From the NCBI GenBank assembly GCA_031554725.1, contig JAVBUZ010000058.1:410-64409 (forward strand): DNA of 64,000 bases, in the 5' to 3' direction. How positions within the stretch are numbered: position 1 is the first letter of the stretch; each line of letters starts with the position of its first letter. Below are positions 38,279-48,224 of the stretch, piece by piece. Below the pieces are notes generated by a model that was not told where the DNA came from, searched no databases, and saw only the letters and a list, made by a program, of their open reading frames with translations. Origin of the DNA: Lachnospiraceae bacterium. GTDB taxonomy: Bacteria > Bacillota > Clostridia > Lachnospirales > Lachnospiraceae. Made by a program: the position numbers and the translations under genes.

Positions 38279-39400
38279 ATGACAGAGATTAAGATACAGA
38301 CACAGAAGAAAAGAATGGCTAATATCGAGCTACTACGTATACTTGCGATGATGATGGTGGTGATGCTACACTTTTTATCGAAAGGTAATGTGTTACCTAA
38401 ACTCACATCAAGTATGGATGCAAATGGTGTTTTGGCGTGGGTCTTAGAAAGCTTATCCATAGTTGCTGTAAATGTTTATATGATAATCAGTGGCTATTTT
38501 TTGGTACAATCAAAGTTTCACTTTCACAGATTAATTGAATTGATATTGCAGGTTTTATTTTATAGCTTGTTAGTTCCAATATGCCTTATAAGCTTGGGAA
38601 TTTTATCGCTTCAAGATATTACGACATATCAAATATTACATTATATCTTTCCAACCCAGATGCTACACTACTGGTTTGTGACAGCATATGTGCTGATGTA
38701 CTTATTTTCTCCAGTTTTAGGAACGGCAGTTAAAAGCATGAGTCAAAAGCAGCTTCAAGTAACGCTGGCCTTATTGCTTGTTGTTCTATCCGTGAGTAAG
38801 TCGATATTGCCAGTAAAGCTAGAAATGGATAATTTGGGCTACGATGCTATCTGGTTTATGTGCGTATATTTAATCGCAGCATATATTCGTTTGTATGGCA
38901 TTGCTTTTTTTAAGAATGGTGGTATTAGTGCAATCACATATTTTATGGGATGCATAGGAATGTTTGGTATTGCATTTTTGATTAGGGTAGTATATTTAAA
39001 AACGGGAGCACTAGAATACTTTATAGGTGCCTCTTATGGCTATAATCACGTGTTAAACTTACTTGCAGCAGTTGCGCTATTTTATGCATTTTATTATATG
39101 AAAATACCAGAGGGAAGAGTCGCTAATCTTATCTGTAAGATATCAAAGCATACCTTTGGAGTCTATCTATTACATGAACAGATAGAAGTTAGATATCTTT
39201 GGCCGAAATGGGTAGGTGCAGGGCAGATACAAAACTCGGTTCTTTTTGTGCTTCATGCAATTGGATGTGTGGTTCTCGTATTTGCAGTGGGAACATTGAT
39301 TGATATGGTTAGAGGACTTTTATTTAAAGGGGTAGGGCATGTATTTGCAAAAGGAAAAATTGCAAAACTAATTCATAAAATAGACGATGTATTCAGGTAA
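38279..39400 (+). CDS. Acyltransferase family 3 (AT3) membrane O-acyltransferase
   Basis: NIELLRILAMMMVVMLHF at the N-terminus, with about 10 TM helices. Confidence 0.8.
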   Translation: MTEIKIQTQKKRMANIELLRILAMMMVVMLHFLSKGNVLPKLTSSMDANGVLAWVLESLSIVAVNVYMIISGYFLVQSKFHFHRLIELILQVLFYSLLVPICLISLGILSLQDITTYQILHYIFPTQMLHYWFVTAYVLMYLFSPVLGTAVKSMSQKQLQVTLALLLVVLSVSKSILPVKLEMDNLGYDAIWFMCVYLIAAYIRLYGIAFFKNGGISAITYFMGCIGMFGIAFLIRVVYLKTGALEYFIGASYGYNHVLNLLAAVALFYAFYYMKIPEGRVANLICKISKHTFGVYLLHEQIEVRYLWPKWVGAGQIQNSVLFVLHAIGCVVLVFAVGTLIDMVRGLLFKGVGHVFAKGKIAKLIHKIDDVFR

Positions 39401-39430
39401 ATGAAGTAATCCAAATTGAGGAAGTAAATT

Positions 39431-41260
39431 ATGAAAGTATGGAAAAATAAAGGGCTCTATGAAAAGCTTGCAACAATACTGTTTCCGATATTGCTTTTTT
39501 TATATCCCTTAAGACATATATGTTATGGTGCTGAGTGGTGGGATACCGGATATAACTATGGGAATTTTGTTTTTATAGATAAAATGGATTCCATGTGGAT
39601 TTTTAGCACGTATCTGGCAAATGTCATTGGGAACTTGATGACGAAAATGCCCTTTGGGAAATATATGCTAGGCATGAACTTTTATACGGGTATGGTGGTA
39701 AGTGTACTAGCGTTAAGTGGCTATTTCTTTTTTACAAAAAAGGTTAAAATGCCTGCAATAATTGCATTTGCTGGCGAGATTATTGGGATAGGACTTTGCT
39801 GGTGTCCAACAGCACTTTTATACAATTATCTCACCTATCTGCTGATGCTTTTGGGGGTAATTTTTCTGTATTTAGCACTTACAGAAGAGAAAAAGAAATT
39901 ATTTATAGTGGCAGGAATCTGTTTAGGGATAAACATATTTGTGCGTTTCCCTAATATGGCAGAAATGGCTTTAATTGTGGCGGTATGGGCCTACGCTATG
40001 ATTCAAAAGAAGCCCTTTAAGCAGGTGGCTATTCAGACAGGACTTTGCCTTGTAGGGTATTTAGCTGGAGCACTAGGAGTTTTGGGATATATCTGTGTAC
40101 GATACGGATTCACCACCTATATAGATGCAATACAAAGATTATTTGGAATGACTAGTGATGCTACAGACTATACCATCAGGTCGATGGTTGAGTATCAATT
40201 AAGAAATTATTGGCAAAATATGATTTGGCTTGGATACATCCTTCCTTTTGTCCTTTTAGGGGTGATAGGATTTATGATTTTGCCAAAGAAGATGATAAAA
40301 ATAAAGCAAGTTGGATTTGTAGCAGGAATGCTTTGCGTGTTCTATTGGCTGATGAATCAAAATATGTTTAACATGAAATATAGTACCAAGTTATCGGTAT
40401 TTCAATGGGCAATATTTTTGCTCACCTTTTCTATTCTTATTGGAATTTATACTATTTTTAATAAAAGTACATCAAATGAAGACAAGCTCTTGTGTGGTCT
40501 GGCGATTATTATTGCGGTAATAACACCACTTGGAAGTAATAATCATTTATATTCCAGTATGAATAATCTCTTTTTTTGCGCGCCAGTTATTTTGTGGATG
40601 CTATGGAAAACATTTAAAAAATTAGTGGCAGTAAAAGAAATTCAAATAGGAGAAAAGAAACTTCATTTATATTCGTATCCAATTAAGGCAACATTAGCAA
40701 TGATTATAGGTATGCTACTGGTTCAGAGTATTGGTTTTGGCTTTGGTTATGTATTTTCAGAAAGTGATGGAGGCGAAAATCTTCACACAAAGATAGAAAA
40801 TAGTGATATACTTAAAGGCATGTATACAGATGATTTTAGAGCGGAGCAGCTGGAGTCCTTGACGGTGTTTACCAAAGAAAATCAGCTAACAGGGAAAGAA
40901 GTTATTTTATATGGTGAAATACCATCCCTATCATACTATTTGGAAATGCCCTTTGCGATTAGCGCATGGCCTGATTTACGATCCTACACTTATGAGGTAA
41001 TGGAGTCGGATTTGGAAAATGTTAAGAAGCAAGTTCAAGCGGGAGGCCAGCTACCAGCAATTCTATTCGAGGCAAGCTATGGTAACTTTTTTGTAGGTGG
41101 CAGAGAAGTGCTGGAAGAGAAGCAACTAGAAGAGAGTAAAATAATCAAGATAGAAGAAGACAAAAAATTCAAATTACTTATGGAGTTTGCATTGGAATAT
41201 AACTATGAATTAAAGTTTTCCAATGAAAAATTTACGCTTTTTATGGTAAATGATAAGTAG
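39431..41260 (+). CDS. Large polytopic membrane protein with a C-terminal soluble domain, GT-C-like candidate
   Basis: TM1 is followed by GAEWWDTGYNYGNF. About 13 TM helices and then a soluble tail of about 170 aa. Confidence 0.5.
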   Translation: MKVWKNKGLYEKLATILFPILLFLYPLRHICYGAEWWDTGYNYGNFVFIDKMDSMWIFSTYLANVIGNLMTKMPFGKYMLGMNFYTGMVVSVLALSGYFFFTKKVKMPAIIAFAGEIIGIGLCWCPTALLYNYLTYLLMLLGVIFLYLALTEEKKKLFIVAGICLGINIFVRFPNMAEMALIVAVWAYAMIQKKPFKQVAIQTGLCLVGYLAGALGVLGYICVRYGFTTYIDAIQRLFGMTSDATDYTIRSMVEYQLRNYWQNMIWLGYILPFVLLGVIGFMILPKKMIKIKQVGFVAGMLCVFYWLMNQNMFNMKYSTKLSVFQWAIFLLTFSILIGIYTIFNKSTSNEDKLLCGLAIIIAVITPLGSNNHLYSSMNNLFFCAPVILWMLWKTFKKLVAVKEIQIGEKKLHLYSYPIKATLAMIIGMLLVQSIGFGFGYVFSESDGGENLHTKIENSDILKGMYTDDFRAEQLESLTVFTKENQLTGKEVILYGEIPSLSYYLEMPFAISAWPDLRSYTYEVMESDLENVKKQVQAGGQLPAILFEASYGNFFVGGREVLEEKQLEESKIIKIEEDKKFKLLMEFALEYNYELKFSNEKFTLFMVNDK

Positions 41261-41273
41261 GAAGTGAGGCAAC

Positions 41274-42401
41274 ATGATTAACTTTAATGTACCACCATGT
41301 ACGGGAAAAGAATTGGATTATATCAAGCAGGCTGTAAAAAATCATAAAATTTGCGGCGATGGGGAGTTTACACATAAATGTAATGCTTGGTTGGAAGACA
41401 GAACCGAGTCAAAGAAATGTTTGCTGACAACCTCTTGCACTCATGCATTAGAAATGGCGGCGCTACTAGCGGATATAAAGGAAGGCGACGAAGTAATTAT
41501 GCCTGCATTTACCTTTGTTTCTACAGCAGATGCTTTTGTTTTACGTGGAGCCAAGGTGGTGTTTGTTGATATTAGACCAGATACAATGAATATTGACGAA
41601 AACTTAATTGAGGCAGCAATTACGGAAAAAACAAGAGCAATTGTTCCAGTTCATTACGCAGGGGTATCTTGTGAGATGGATAAAATTATGGACATTGCTT
41701 CAAGACATAATCTTTATGTAATTGAAGATGCAGCACAAGGCATCTTATCCACCTATAAAGGAAAAGCTTTAGGGGCGATTGGCGATTTTGGATGCTTAAG
41801 CTTTCATGAGACTAAAAACTATAGCATGGGTGAAGGCGGAGCTTTAATGATTCAGCATGAAAAAGATATTGAAGATGCTGAGATTATTAGAGAAAAGGGA
41901 ACCAATAGAAGTAAGTTTTATAGAGGTCAAATTGATAAATACACTTGGGTAAACTATGGTTCGTCTTATTTGCCAAGTGATATGAATGCTGCTTATTTAT
42001 ATGCGCAGTTAGAAATGGCAGATGAAATAAATGATATGAGACTGGAATGCTGGAATCGTTACTATGAGAACTTAAAGCCTCTTGCAGCAAGTGGAAAGAT
42101 AGAGTTACCTGTAGTTCCTGAAGGATGTGTGCATAATGCGCATATGTTTTATATTAAAGCCAAGGATGTTGAAGAAAGAACCGCTTTAATTTCATTCTTA
42201 AAAGAAAATGAGATTATGTCGGTCTTCCATTATATTCCATTACACACAGCACCAGCAGGCTTAAAATTTGGAAGATTTCATGGAGAAGATAAATATACCA
42301 CCAAGGAAAGTGAAAGACTAAGCAGACTTCCGATGTATTATGGCTTAACAGTAGAGTTGGTAGACCAGATATGCGATAAAGTTAAGGAGTTCTATTTGTA
42401 A
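41274..42401 (+). CDS. wecE: dTDP-4-amino-4,6-dideoxygalactose transaminase (WecE/RffA-like)
   Basis: It is near-colinear with E. coli WecE as I recall it: FNVPPCTGKELDYI, ICGDGEFT, LLTTSCTHALEMAALL, GDEVIMPAFTFVSTADAFVLRGAKVVFVDIRPDTMNIDE. Confidence 0.7.
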   Translation: MINFNVPPCTGKELDYIKQAVKNHKICGDGEFTHKCNAWLEDRTESKKCLLTTSCTHALEMAALLADIKEGDEVIMPAFTFVSTADAFVLRGAKVVFVDIRPDTMNIDENLIEAAITEKTRAIVPVHYAGVSCEMDKIMDIASRHNLYVIEDAAQGILSTYKGKALGAIGDFGCLSFHETKNYSMGEGGALMIQHEKDIEDAEIIREKGTNRSKFYRGQIDKYTWVNYGSSYLPSDMNAAYLYAQLEMADEINDMRLECWNRYYENLKPLAASGKIELPVVPEGCVHNAHMFYIKAKDVEERTALISFLKENEIMSVFHYIPLHTAPAGLKFGRFHGEDKYTTKESERLSRLPMYYGLTVELVDQICDKVKEFYL

Positions 42402-43772
42402 TTGAAAACACTAAAACGGCATTTGATGAAAACAACATATTCGCTTGTTTTGCTTTTGATGAGCGGGCAAATATTGCTCGGATTCATTTGGCTGTGTACA
42501 AATCTGTCTGGATATCCTTTGTTTGCAGAAAGTATAGAATTTTTTGACATCAGCAACACATGGATATTGGATGAGTATGTAGGAATTGGGTATCCATTTA
42601 TTTTGTGGATTATGGGCGGAATAGAAAGCTTTATGGGTATTCCATATCAGATACCTATTTATATCCTACAGATAGTTCTTGCTTTTTTTATTGGTAGATA
42701 TTTTCTTATCAAAAGCAAGGTTGTAGACGGTGAGCATAAAGAAATAGCGGCGTGCTTTGGGTCCTTGTATATCCTAACAGTGCCGATGATACTACAGTGT
42801 CATATGGCTGTTTTAGCATATTCTATTTCTTTTTCATTACTCCTACTTTTACTTGGTGAGTGTATCTATGTAATAAATAGTACAGATATCTCACTCAGAA
42901 AGAGTTGGGTTAAGATATGTGTGACTTGGTTTATCATGACGATGTTTATTCCAGAGTATGCTTGGTTTGGAGGATTACTAACGGCGATAACACTTTGTAT
43001 GGTGGTAAGAAAAAGAAAAAATAGCTTATTGTATCTTGCACTTGCATTTATAATTACGATTTTGAGCGTTGTGGGGATTAGCGCCCTTGCTCAAGAGAAG
43101 GGGAGTAGAGACAGAATCCCTAAGTCTATTGAGGCGACTTTACTAAGACGTATTGCATGGCCGAATTTTGCAAAGAATAGCTATTTTTGGGGCGAGAATA
43201 TTAAAAGTGTGATAGATGATAATAAGCTTGCAGAGATTTCTACAGAACCGGAAAATGTACTATATGTACTAGGAGCTTCGTTAGAAGAAAAATACGGAAA
43301 GAAGGAAGCGAGTATCCTTTATTGGCATATGATAGAGACATCTTTTGAGATGCGAACAAAGGAAATTGCAAAATCGATAGGAAGTGATTTTGCTTCGTAC
43401 ATTTGCCCACAAGTGGCGGTGCAATGTCAATTATCAGGTAGTGGTGTTTCTTATACGGGGTGGAATTATGCCCAGATGCATGAGAAAGCACCTGTTCTTA
43501 CAAAATATTATATGCAGTACGCATTAAAGAGCTGGAATGTTGAAATGGTATTGGCTCTATTACTGATTTTAGGCAGTGGGATAAGAAAAAGGCGCGTATA
43601 CATAGAAAGCTTGCTGTTACCGATATTGACTGGCGCGAGCATGATACTTTGGTATACGATGGAGGGCGCTGGTATACAGGACTATAAAAAGGTGATGCTT
43701 GTAAGTGCGATTTGGGCAATCGTTATTATAAAGGGTATAAGCGCAGGGAGAACAGTATATGAAGAAAACTAG
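42402..43772 (+). CDS. Polytopic membrane protein, unknown family
   Basis: About 10 TM helices, with NTWILDEYVGIGYP after the first helices. TTG start directly after the wecE stop; the ATG at 42426 is an alternative. Confidence 0.5.
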   Translation: MKTLKRHLMKTTYSLVLLLMSGQILLGFIWLCTNLSGYPLFAESIEFFDISNTWILDEYVGIGYPFILWIMGGIESFMGIPYQIPIYILQIVLAFFIGRYFLIKSKVVDGEHKEIAACFGSLYILTVPMILQCHMAVLAYSISFSLLLLLLGECIYVINSTDISLRKSWVKICVTWFIMTMFIPEYAWFGGLLTAITLCMVVRKRKNSLLYLALAFIITILSVVGISALAQEKGSRDRIPKSIEATLLRRIAWPNFAKNSYFWGENIKSVIDDNKLAEISTEPENVLYVLGASLEEKYGKKEASILYWHMIETSFEMRTKEIAKSIGSDFASYICPQVAVQCQLSGSGVSYTGWNYAQMHEKAPVLTKYYMQYALKSWNVEMVLALLLILGSGIRKRRVYIESLLLPILTGASMILWYTMEGAGIQDYKKVMLVSAIWAIVIIKGISAGRTVYEEN

Positions 43773-45360
43773 AAATTATAGTTGGATTCCCTATGTACTT
43801 TTGTTGGGAGTGTTAGGGATACTTGTGTTTCTAAATGTATTTTGCTTGGAGCATTGGTTAGATTCAGACATGGCAGCAGAAATGATTTTTTCTAAGCAGC
43901 TTGCAGAGGAAGGTAAGTTTCTTACCTCATCAGAATGGTACTACTCTTCAGAGTTTCGAGTATTATATACACAAATTTTGATGGTACCACTTTTTAAGCT
44001 GTGCTCAAGCTGGCATCTTATTAGAAGTATAACAAATATTGTTTTTTACCTACTTATGTTAGGCAGTTATTTTTATATGATAAAGCCGCTGAAAATAAAG
44101 AAAACCTGGGTGGCATTAACCTCAATCATTTTGGTACTACCATTTTCTGAAACATTGATGACGCATATGCAAATGGGAAATACGTATATGTCTCATGTAA
44201 TAATAATATTCTTTAGTTTTGGTATGTTTCTGCGCTTGAGCATGAAAGAAGATAAAAGCAAATTATATAGACTGTGTTTAACAGCGGTATATGTTTTACT
44301 GAGCATTGTATGTGGAATGTCAGGGGTAAGATATATGCTTGCTTTGTATTGCCCACTAGTAATAACGGCATTTGTTCTCCTCGTAAGGAGTCGGGAATTT
44401 TTAGTATTACGAAAGGAAATTTCTTGGGCAAATGCTAAAATGTTTTTTAAACAAAAAGGAATGACCTATTTTACTTATAGTATTTTAGGCGCTGTGATGG
44501 TGGTAATAGGTTATGGAATAAACATTGTGTGGATTGCCAAAAATTACTCTTTCCAGACATATGATACCATTGAATTCATCGGAATTTATAAGGGTATTTT
44601 TTTAGAACGGGTTCAGAATACCTTCGGAAGCTTAATGATGCTTTTAGGGTATATTTCCAATAAAAGTGTTTTATCCTTAAGAGGTTTGATTACAATGATT
44701 TCCTTTGTGCTTATTGCACTTGGTGTTTTCGTTGTTAAGAGAAGTGGGGCATTGCTAAAAGATGAGGAACTTAAAAATGACGGAATGCTAAATCGCAGGT
44801 TTGTGCAAGATTTTTTTGTGGTCTCTTTTCTTCTTAATACCTTTGTGTTTCTATTTACCACCAGTACTATTGTGGATAGATATTATATAACCACGCTTAT
44901 TTTTATCTTACCGTTACTAGCCAGCTTTTTTGATATGGAAAAGCTTGCTTTTGATAAAATTGTGATTGGAGTTATCTTTGTAGGATGTATGCTTTTAGCC
45001 ACATCCAAGGTAGTATATTCTTTGATGACAGTGGATAAAAATCAAGATAAAGTGGGAGTGCTAACATTTTTAGAGGAAAACGACTACGATTTTGGCTATG
45101 CTACTTATTGGAATGCCAACATTATGACAGAGCTCTCAAATGGCGAAGTTGAGCTTGCCAATATTATTAATCCAGAGAGTATGGAGTATTTTAAATGGTC
45201 TAGTCCGAAAAAATATTATGAAGCGAATTATGAGGGAAAAGCAAGCTTTATCCTTTTAACAGCAGCGGAAATGGACTTGTACCAAGATAGTGAGAAGATT
45301 AAGGATGCTGAGCTCTTATATCAGGATTCTTATTATACGGTATTAGAATATGAAAATTAG
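43759..45360 (+). CDS. Polytopic membrane protein, GT-C-like candidate
   Basis: TM1 is followed by EHWLDSDMAAEMIF. About 11 TM helices and a soluble tail of about 110 aa. It overlaps the upstream gene by 14 nt. Confidence 0.5.
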   Translation: MKKTRNYSWIPYVLLLGVLGILVFLNVFCLEHWLDSDMAAEMIFSKQLAEEGKFLTSSEWYYSSEFRVLYTQILMVPLFKLCSSWHLIRSITNIVFYLLMLGSYFYMIKPLKIKKTWVALTSIILVLPFSETLMTHMQMGNTYMSHVIIIFFSFGMFLRLSMKEDKSKLYRLCLTAVYVLLSIVCGMSGVRYMLALYCPLVITAFVLLVRSREFLVLRKEISWANAKMFFKQKGMTYFTYSILGAVMVVIGYGINIVWIAKNYSFQTYDTIEFIGIYKGIFLERVQNTFGSLMMLLGYISNKSVLSLRGLITMISFVLIALGVFVVKRSGALLKDEELKNDGMLNRRFVQDFFVVSFLLNTFVFLFTTSTIVDRYYITTLIFILPLLASFFDMEKLAFDKIVIGVIFVGCMLLATSKVVYSLMTVDKNQDKVGVLTFLEENDYDFGYATYWNANIMTELSNGEVELANIINPESMEYFKWSSPKKYYEANYEGKASFILLTAAEMDLYQDSEKIKDAELLYQDSYYTVLEYEN

Positions 45361-47059
45361 AAACAAGCTATATGCTTGTCTAGGCAAAATAAAAAGCTAT
45401 AAATGGGAGCTTGCAGCTTTGGCATTGGTGATGGTAATGCTAAGCTTTTTTGTTTCCCAAAAAGAAGGCTATCATATGGATGAATTGCTTTCTTTTGAAC
45501 TTTCTAATGCAGAGTATAACCCTTGGATTGTACCAACTCAGCCTCAGGGGCGTTTGGCAAAGTTTGTGCAGGAAGAGATTGATGGCGAGACGATAGCAGA
45601 AACTTATAAAAATATTTTTGCAGTTGTGAAAGATGTAGTAGAAAATAAAGGTGGTAGTTTAATTGCTAACTATAGGGCTGATATCTATGATGAGCCGATT
45701 TGGATAAATAGGAAGCAGTTTACAGAATATATTACGGTAGATAAAACGGACGACTTTAACTATCTTTCGGTATATTTCAACGTCAAGGATGACAATCACC
45801 CACCAATACATTTTATGCTTTTACATACGGTGTCATCTTTGTTTAAAGAAAAAATTAACCCTTGGATGGGGTGTATTATTAATATGCTTGCCATTTTAGG
45901 CTGCAGCATCTTACTAATGAAGATATGTAATCTTTTAGGGTTTGAAAAGCGATATGGCATAATGGCAGTGCTACTGTATGGCATGTCTTCGGGTGGAGTA
46001 GCGACTACTTTGCTAATCCGTATGTATGGTGTTATGACCTTGTTTTGTGTGTGGGCACTATACCTGCATTTAAAGAAATGGAAAAGTGATAACTGGAAAA
46101 AAGAAAACAAGCTACTTGCGATAGTTACAGTGCTTGGATTTTTGACACAGTATTTTTTCTTGTTCTATATTCTTGCTTTAGCCGCAATAACGGTAATTTG
46201 CCTTTGCGCTACGAAGAAAAGAAAAGAAATCTTTTATTATATTCGCACCATGCTTATAGCGGCAATCATCGGTGTGTGCGCATTTCCTTTTGCTATTTCG
46301 GATGTGTTGTTTAGCGGAAGAGGGGTAGAGGCAATCGACAATTTGAAAGAAGGCTTTCATGGATATGGAGAGCGTTTAGCTAGCTTTGGTAAGGTTCTAG
46401 TACAAAGCATGCCTGGTGGAATTGTGGGAGCTGTTTTGGCAATTGGCTTGCTAGTTTTTTGGATATATCGAATCATATCGAAAAAGGAGCAAAAGAACAC
46501 AACGGATATTGTTGTATGGATGATGCTAGGTGTTCCCTTTGTAATTTACTTTTTATTGGCAGCTAAAATGTCACCTTATATTGTAGATAGGTATATTATG
46601 CCGATATTCCCTGTGATGACGCTACTGATTGTTTGTATTTATGAGAGATGTAGCTTAAGCATAAGAGGAGGGCTACTAATAGCTCTGTGCTTGGGGATTT
46701 TTACGGGACTTGCTTATAATGGTGAATACTTATTTAAGGGATATGCGGCTCAGGAACAGGTATCTAGAGAGTATGAGAGTTTGCCATGTGTTTGTGTTTA
46801 TGAAGGATATGGTTTCTATAAAAACCTGATGGAATTTACAAACTATGAGGAAACCCTTTTGGTAACCTTTGATGAGCTAAAACAGCGAAATGAAGATGCG
46901 GTAATAGATGAAAATAATCAGGTGATAGTGCTAGTAAAAGGCGAAATAGATAAAAACCTATTAGCCCAGTTGCTTACAGAAAAATATAGTTATCAGGTGA
47001 CAAAAGAGTTAATAGCAGACGGCGTTCATGGGGATAGTGTATGGCTTTGTGAAAGGTGA
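45350..47059 (+). CDS. GT-C glycosyltransferase candidate (GT39/GT83, ArnT/PMT-like)
   Basis: TM1 is followed by GYHMDELLSFELSN, and later by DDNHPPIHFMLLH, which resembles the HPPL motif of ArnT/PMT_2. It overlaps the upstream gene by 11 nt. Confidence 0.6.
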   Translation: MKIRNKLYACLGKIKSYKWELAALALVMVMLSFFVSQKEGYHMDELLSFELSNAEYNPWIVPTQPQGRLAKFVQEEIDGETIAETYKNIFAVVKDVVENKGGSLIANYRADIYDEPIWINRKQFTEYITVDKTDDFNYLSVYFNVKDDNHPPIHFMLLHTVSSLFKEKINPWMGCIINMLAILGCSILLMKICNLLGFEKRYGIMAVLLYGMSSGGVATTLLIRMYGVMTLFCVWALYLHLKKWKSDNWKKENKLLAIVTVLGFLTQYFFLFYILALAAITVICLCATKKRKEIFYYIRTMLIAAIIGVCAFPFAISDVLFSGRGVEAIDNLKEGFHGYGERLASFGKVLVQSMPGGIVGAVLAIGLLVFWIYRIISKKEQKNTTDIVVWMMLGVPFVIYFLLAAKMSPYIVDRYIMPIFPVMTLLIVCIYERCSLSIRGGLLIALCLGIFTGLAYNGEYLFKGYAAQEQVSREYESLPCVCVYEGYGFYKNLMEFTNYEETLLVTFDELKQRNEDAVIDENNQVIVLVKGEIDKNLLAQLLTEKYSYQVTKELIADGVHGDSVWLCER

Positions 47060-47067
47060 TAAAATAT

Positions 47068-47096
47068 TTGGCATTTTAAGCGTATGATGTTATAAT
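47068..47096 (+). promoter_or_regulatory. Near-consensus sigma-A promoter with extended -10
   Basis: -35 TTGGCA (47068-47073), a 17-nt spacer ending in TGT, then -10 TATAAT (47091-47096). It lies about 50 nt upstream of pseB. Confidence 0.65.
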
Positions 47097-47146
47097 GTAG
47101 TTTGTTGAAAATAATGTAAAAAAGATTTATATGTGTATAGAAAGGC

Positions 47147-48154
47147 ATGGACAATATTATGTTAAATGATAAAGCAATTTTAATTACTGGAGGAACTGGT
47201 TCTTTTGGTAAGGCGTTTACAAAATATGTTTTGGCGCATTACAATCCTAAAAAAATTATTATTTATTCTCGTGATGAGTTTAAACAGTTTCATATGCAAA
47301 ATGAATTTAAAGAATATGCAGACAAGCTTCGTTTCTTTATTGGGGATGTTCGTGATAAAGAAAGATTAACAAGAGCGTTTGACGGTGTGGATTATGTTAT
47401 ACATGCAGCGGCATTAAAACAGGTGCCAGCCTGTGAGTATAATCCAGCAGAAGCAATTAAAACAAACATTAATGGAGCGCAGAATGTTATTGATGCAGCC
47501 TTAGATACAGGAGTTAAGAAGGTAGTGGCACTGTCTACAGACAAGGCAGTTAACCCAGTTAACTTATATGGTGGAACAAAGCTAGTTTCTGATAAACTCT
47601 TTATTGCAGCCAATGCTTATGCAGGTAGTAAAGATGTTAATTTTTCAATTGTTCGTTATGGAAATGTAGCAGGAAGTCGTGGTTCTGTAATTCCATTTTT
47701 CCAGAACTTATTAAATCAAAACAAAACAGAGCTACCAATTACAGATTATAGAATGACTCGTTTTTGGATAAGCCTAGAAGAAGGCGTTGAGCTTGTAATT
47801 AAGGCTCTTGAAGAAGCAAAAGGCGGGGAAACCTTTATTTCTAAAATACCTTCTTTCAAAGTGACAGATTTAGCAAAAGCAATGTGCCCAGAATGCACAA
47901 TGCCTGAAGTCGGTATTCGTGAAGGCGAAAAATTACATGAAGTGATGGTAACAGTGGAAGATTCACTTACTACTTACGAGTATGATAAGCATTTTATTGT
48001 ATATCCACAAATGGTATGGAGCGAACATAGAAAGACTCAGCCAACAGGCAAGAAAGTTTCAGAAGGATTTTCTTATAGCTCAGATAATAATACGCAGTGG
48101 CTATCAGTAGAAGAGATAAGAGAACTTTTAAAGAATGTAAATTTGGAAAAATAG
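47147..48154 (+). CDS. pseB: UDP-N-acetylglucosamine 4,6-dehydratase, inverting type (PseB/FlaA1)
   Basis: ILITGGTGSFGK, IIIYSRDEFKQ, RFFIGDVRDKERL, VRYGNVAGSRGSVIPFF, ITDYRMTRFWISLEEGV and GIREGEKLHE are colinear with H. pylori FlaA1 as I recall it. Confidence 0.85.
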   Translation: MDNIMLNDKAILITGGTGSFGKAFTKYVLAHYNPKKIIIYSRDEFKQFHMQNEFKEYADKLRFFIGDVRDKERLTRAFDGVDYVIHAAALKQVPACEYNPAEAIKTNINGAQNVIDAALDTGVKKVVALSTDKAVNPVNLYGGTKLVSDKLFIAANAYAGSKDVNFSIVRYGNVAGSRGSVIPFFQNLLNQNKTELPITDYRMTRFWISLEEGVELVIKALEEAKGGETFISKIPSFKVTDLAKAMCPECTMPEVGIREGEKLHEVMVTVEDSLTTYEYDKHFIVYPQMVWSEHRKTQPTGKKVSEGFSYSSDNNTQWLSVEEIRELLKNVNLEK

Positions 48155-48224
48155 TAGATAAAGCGAGGGGTAACCGAAAAACGGGTGCCCTTGTTTTATA
48201 TAATGGGAATTGTAAGGAGAATAT

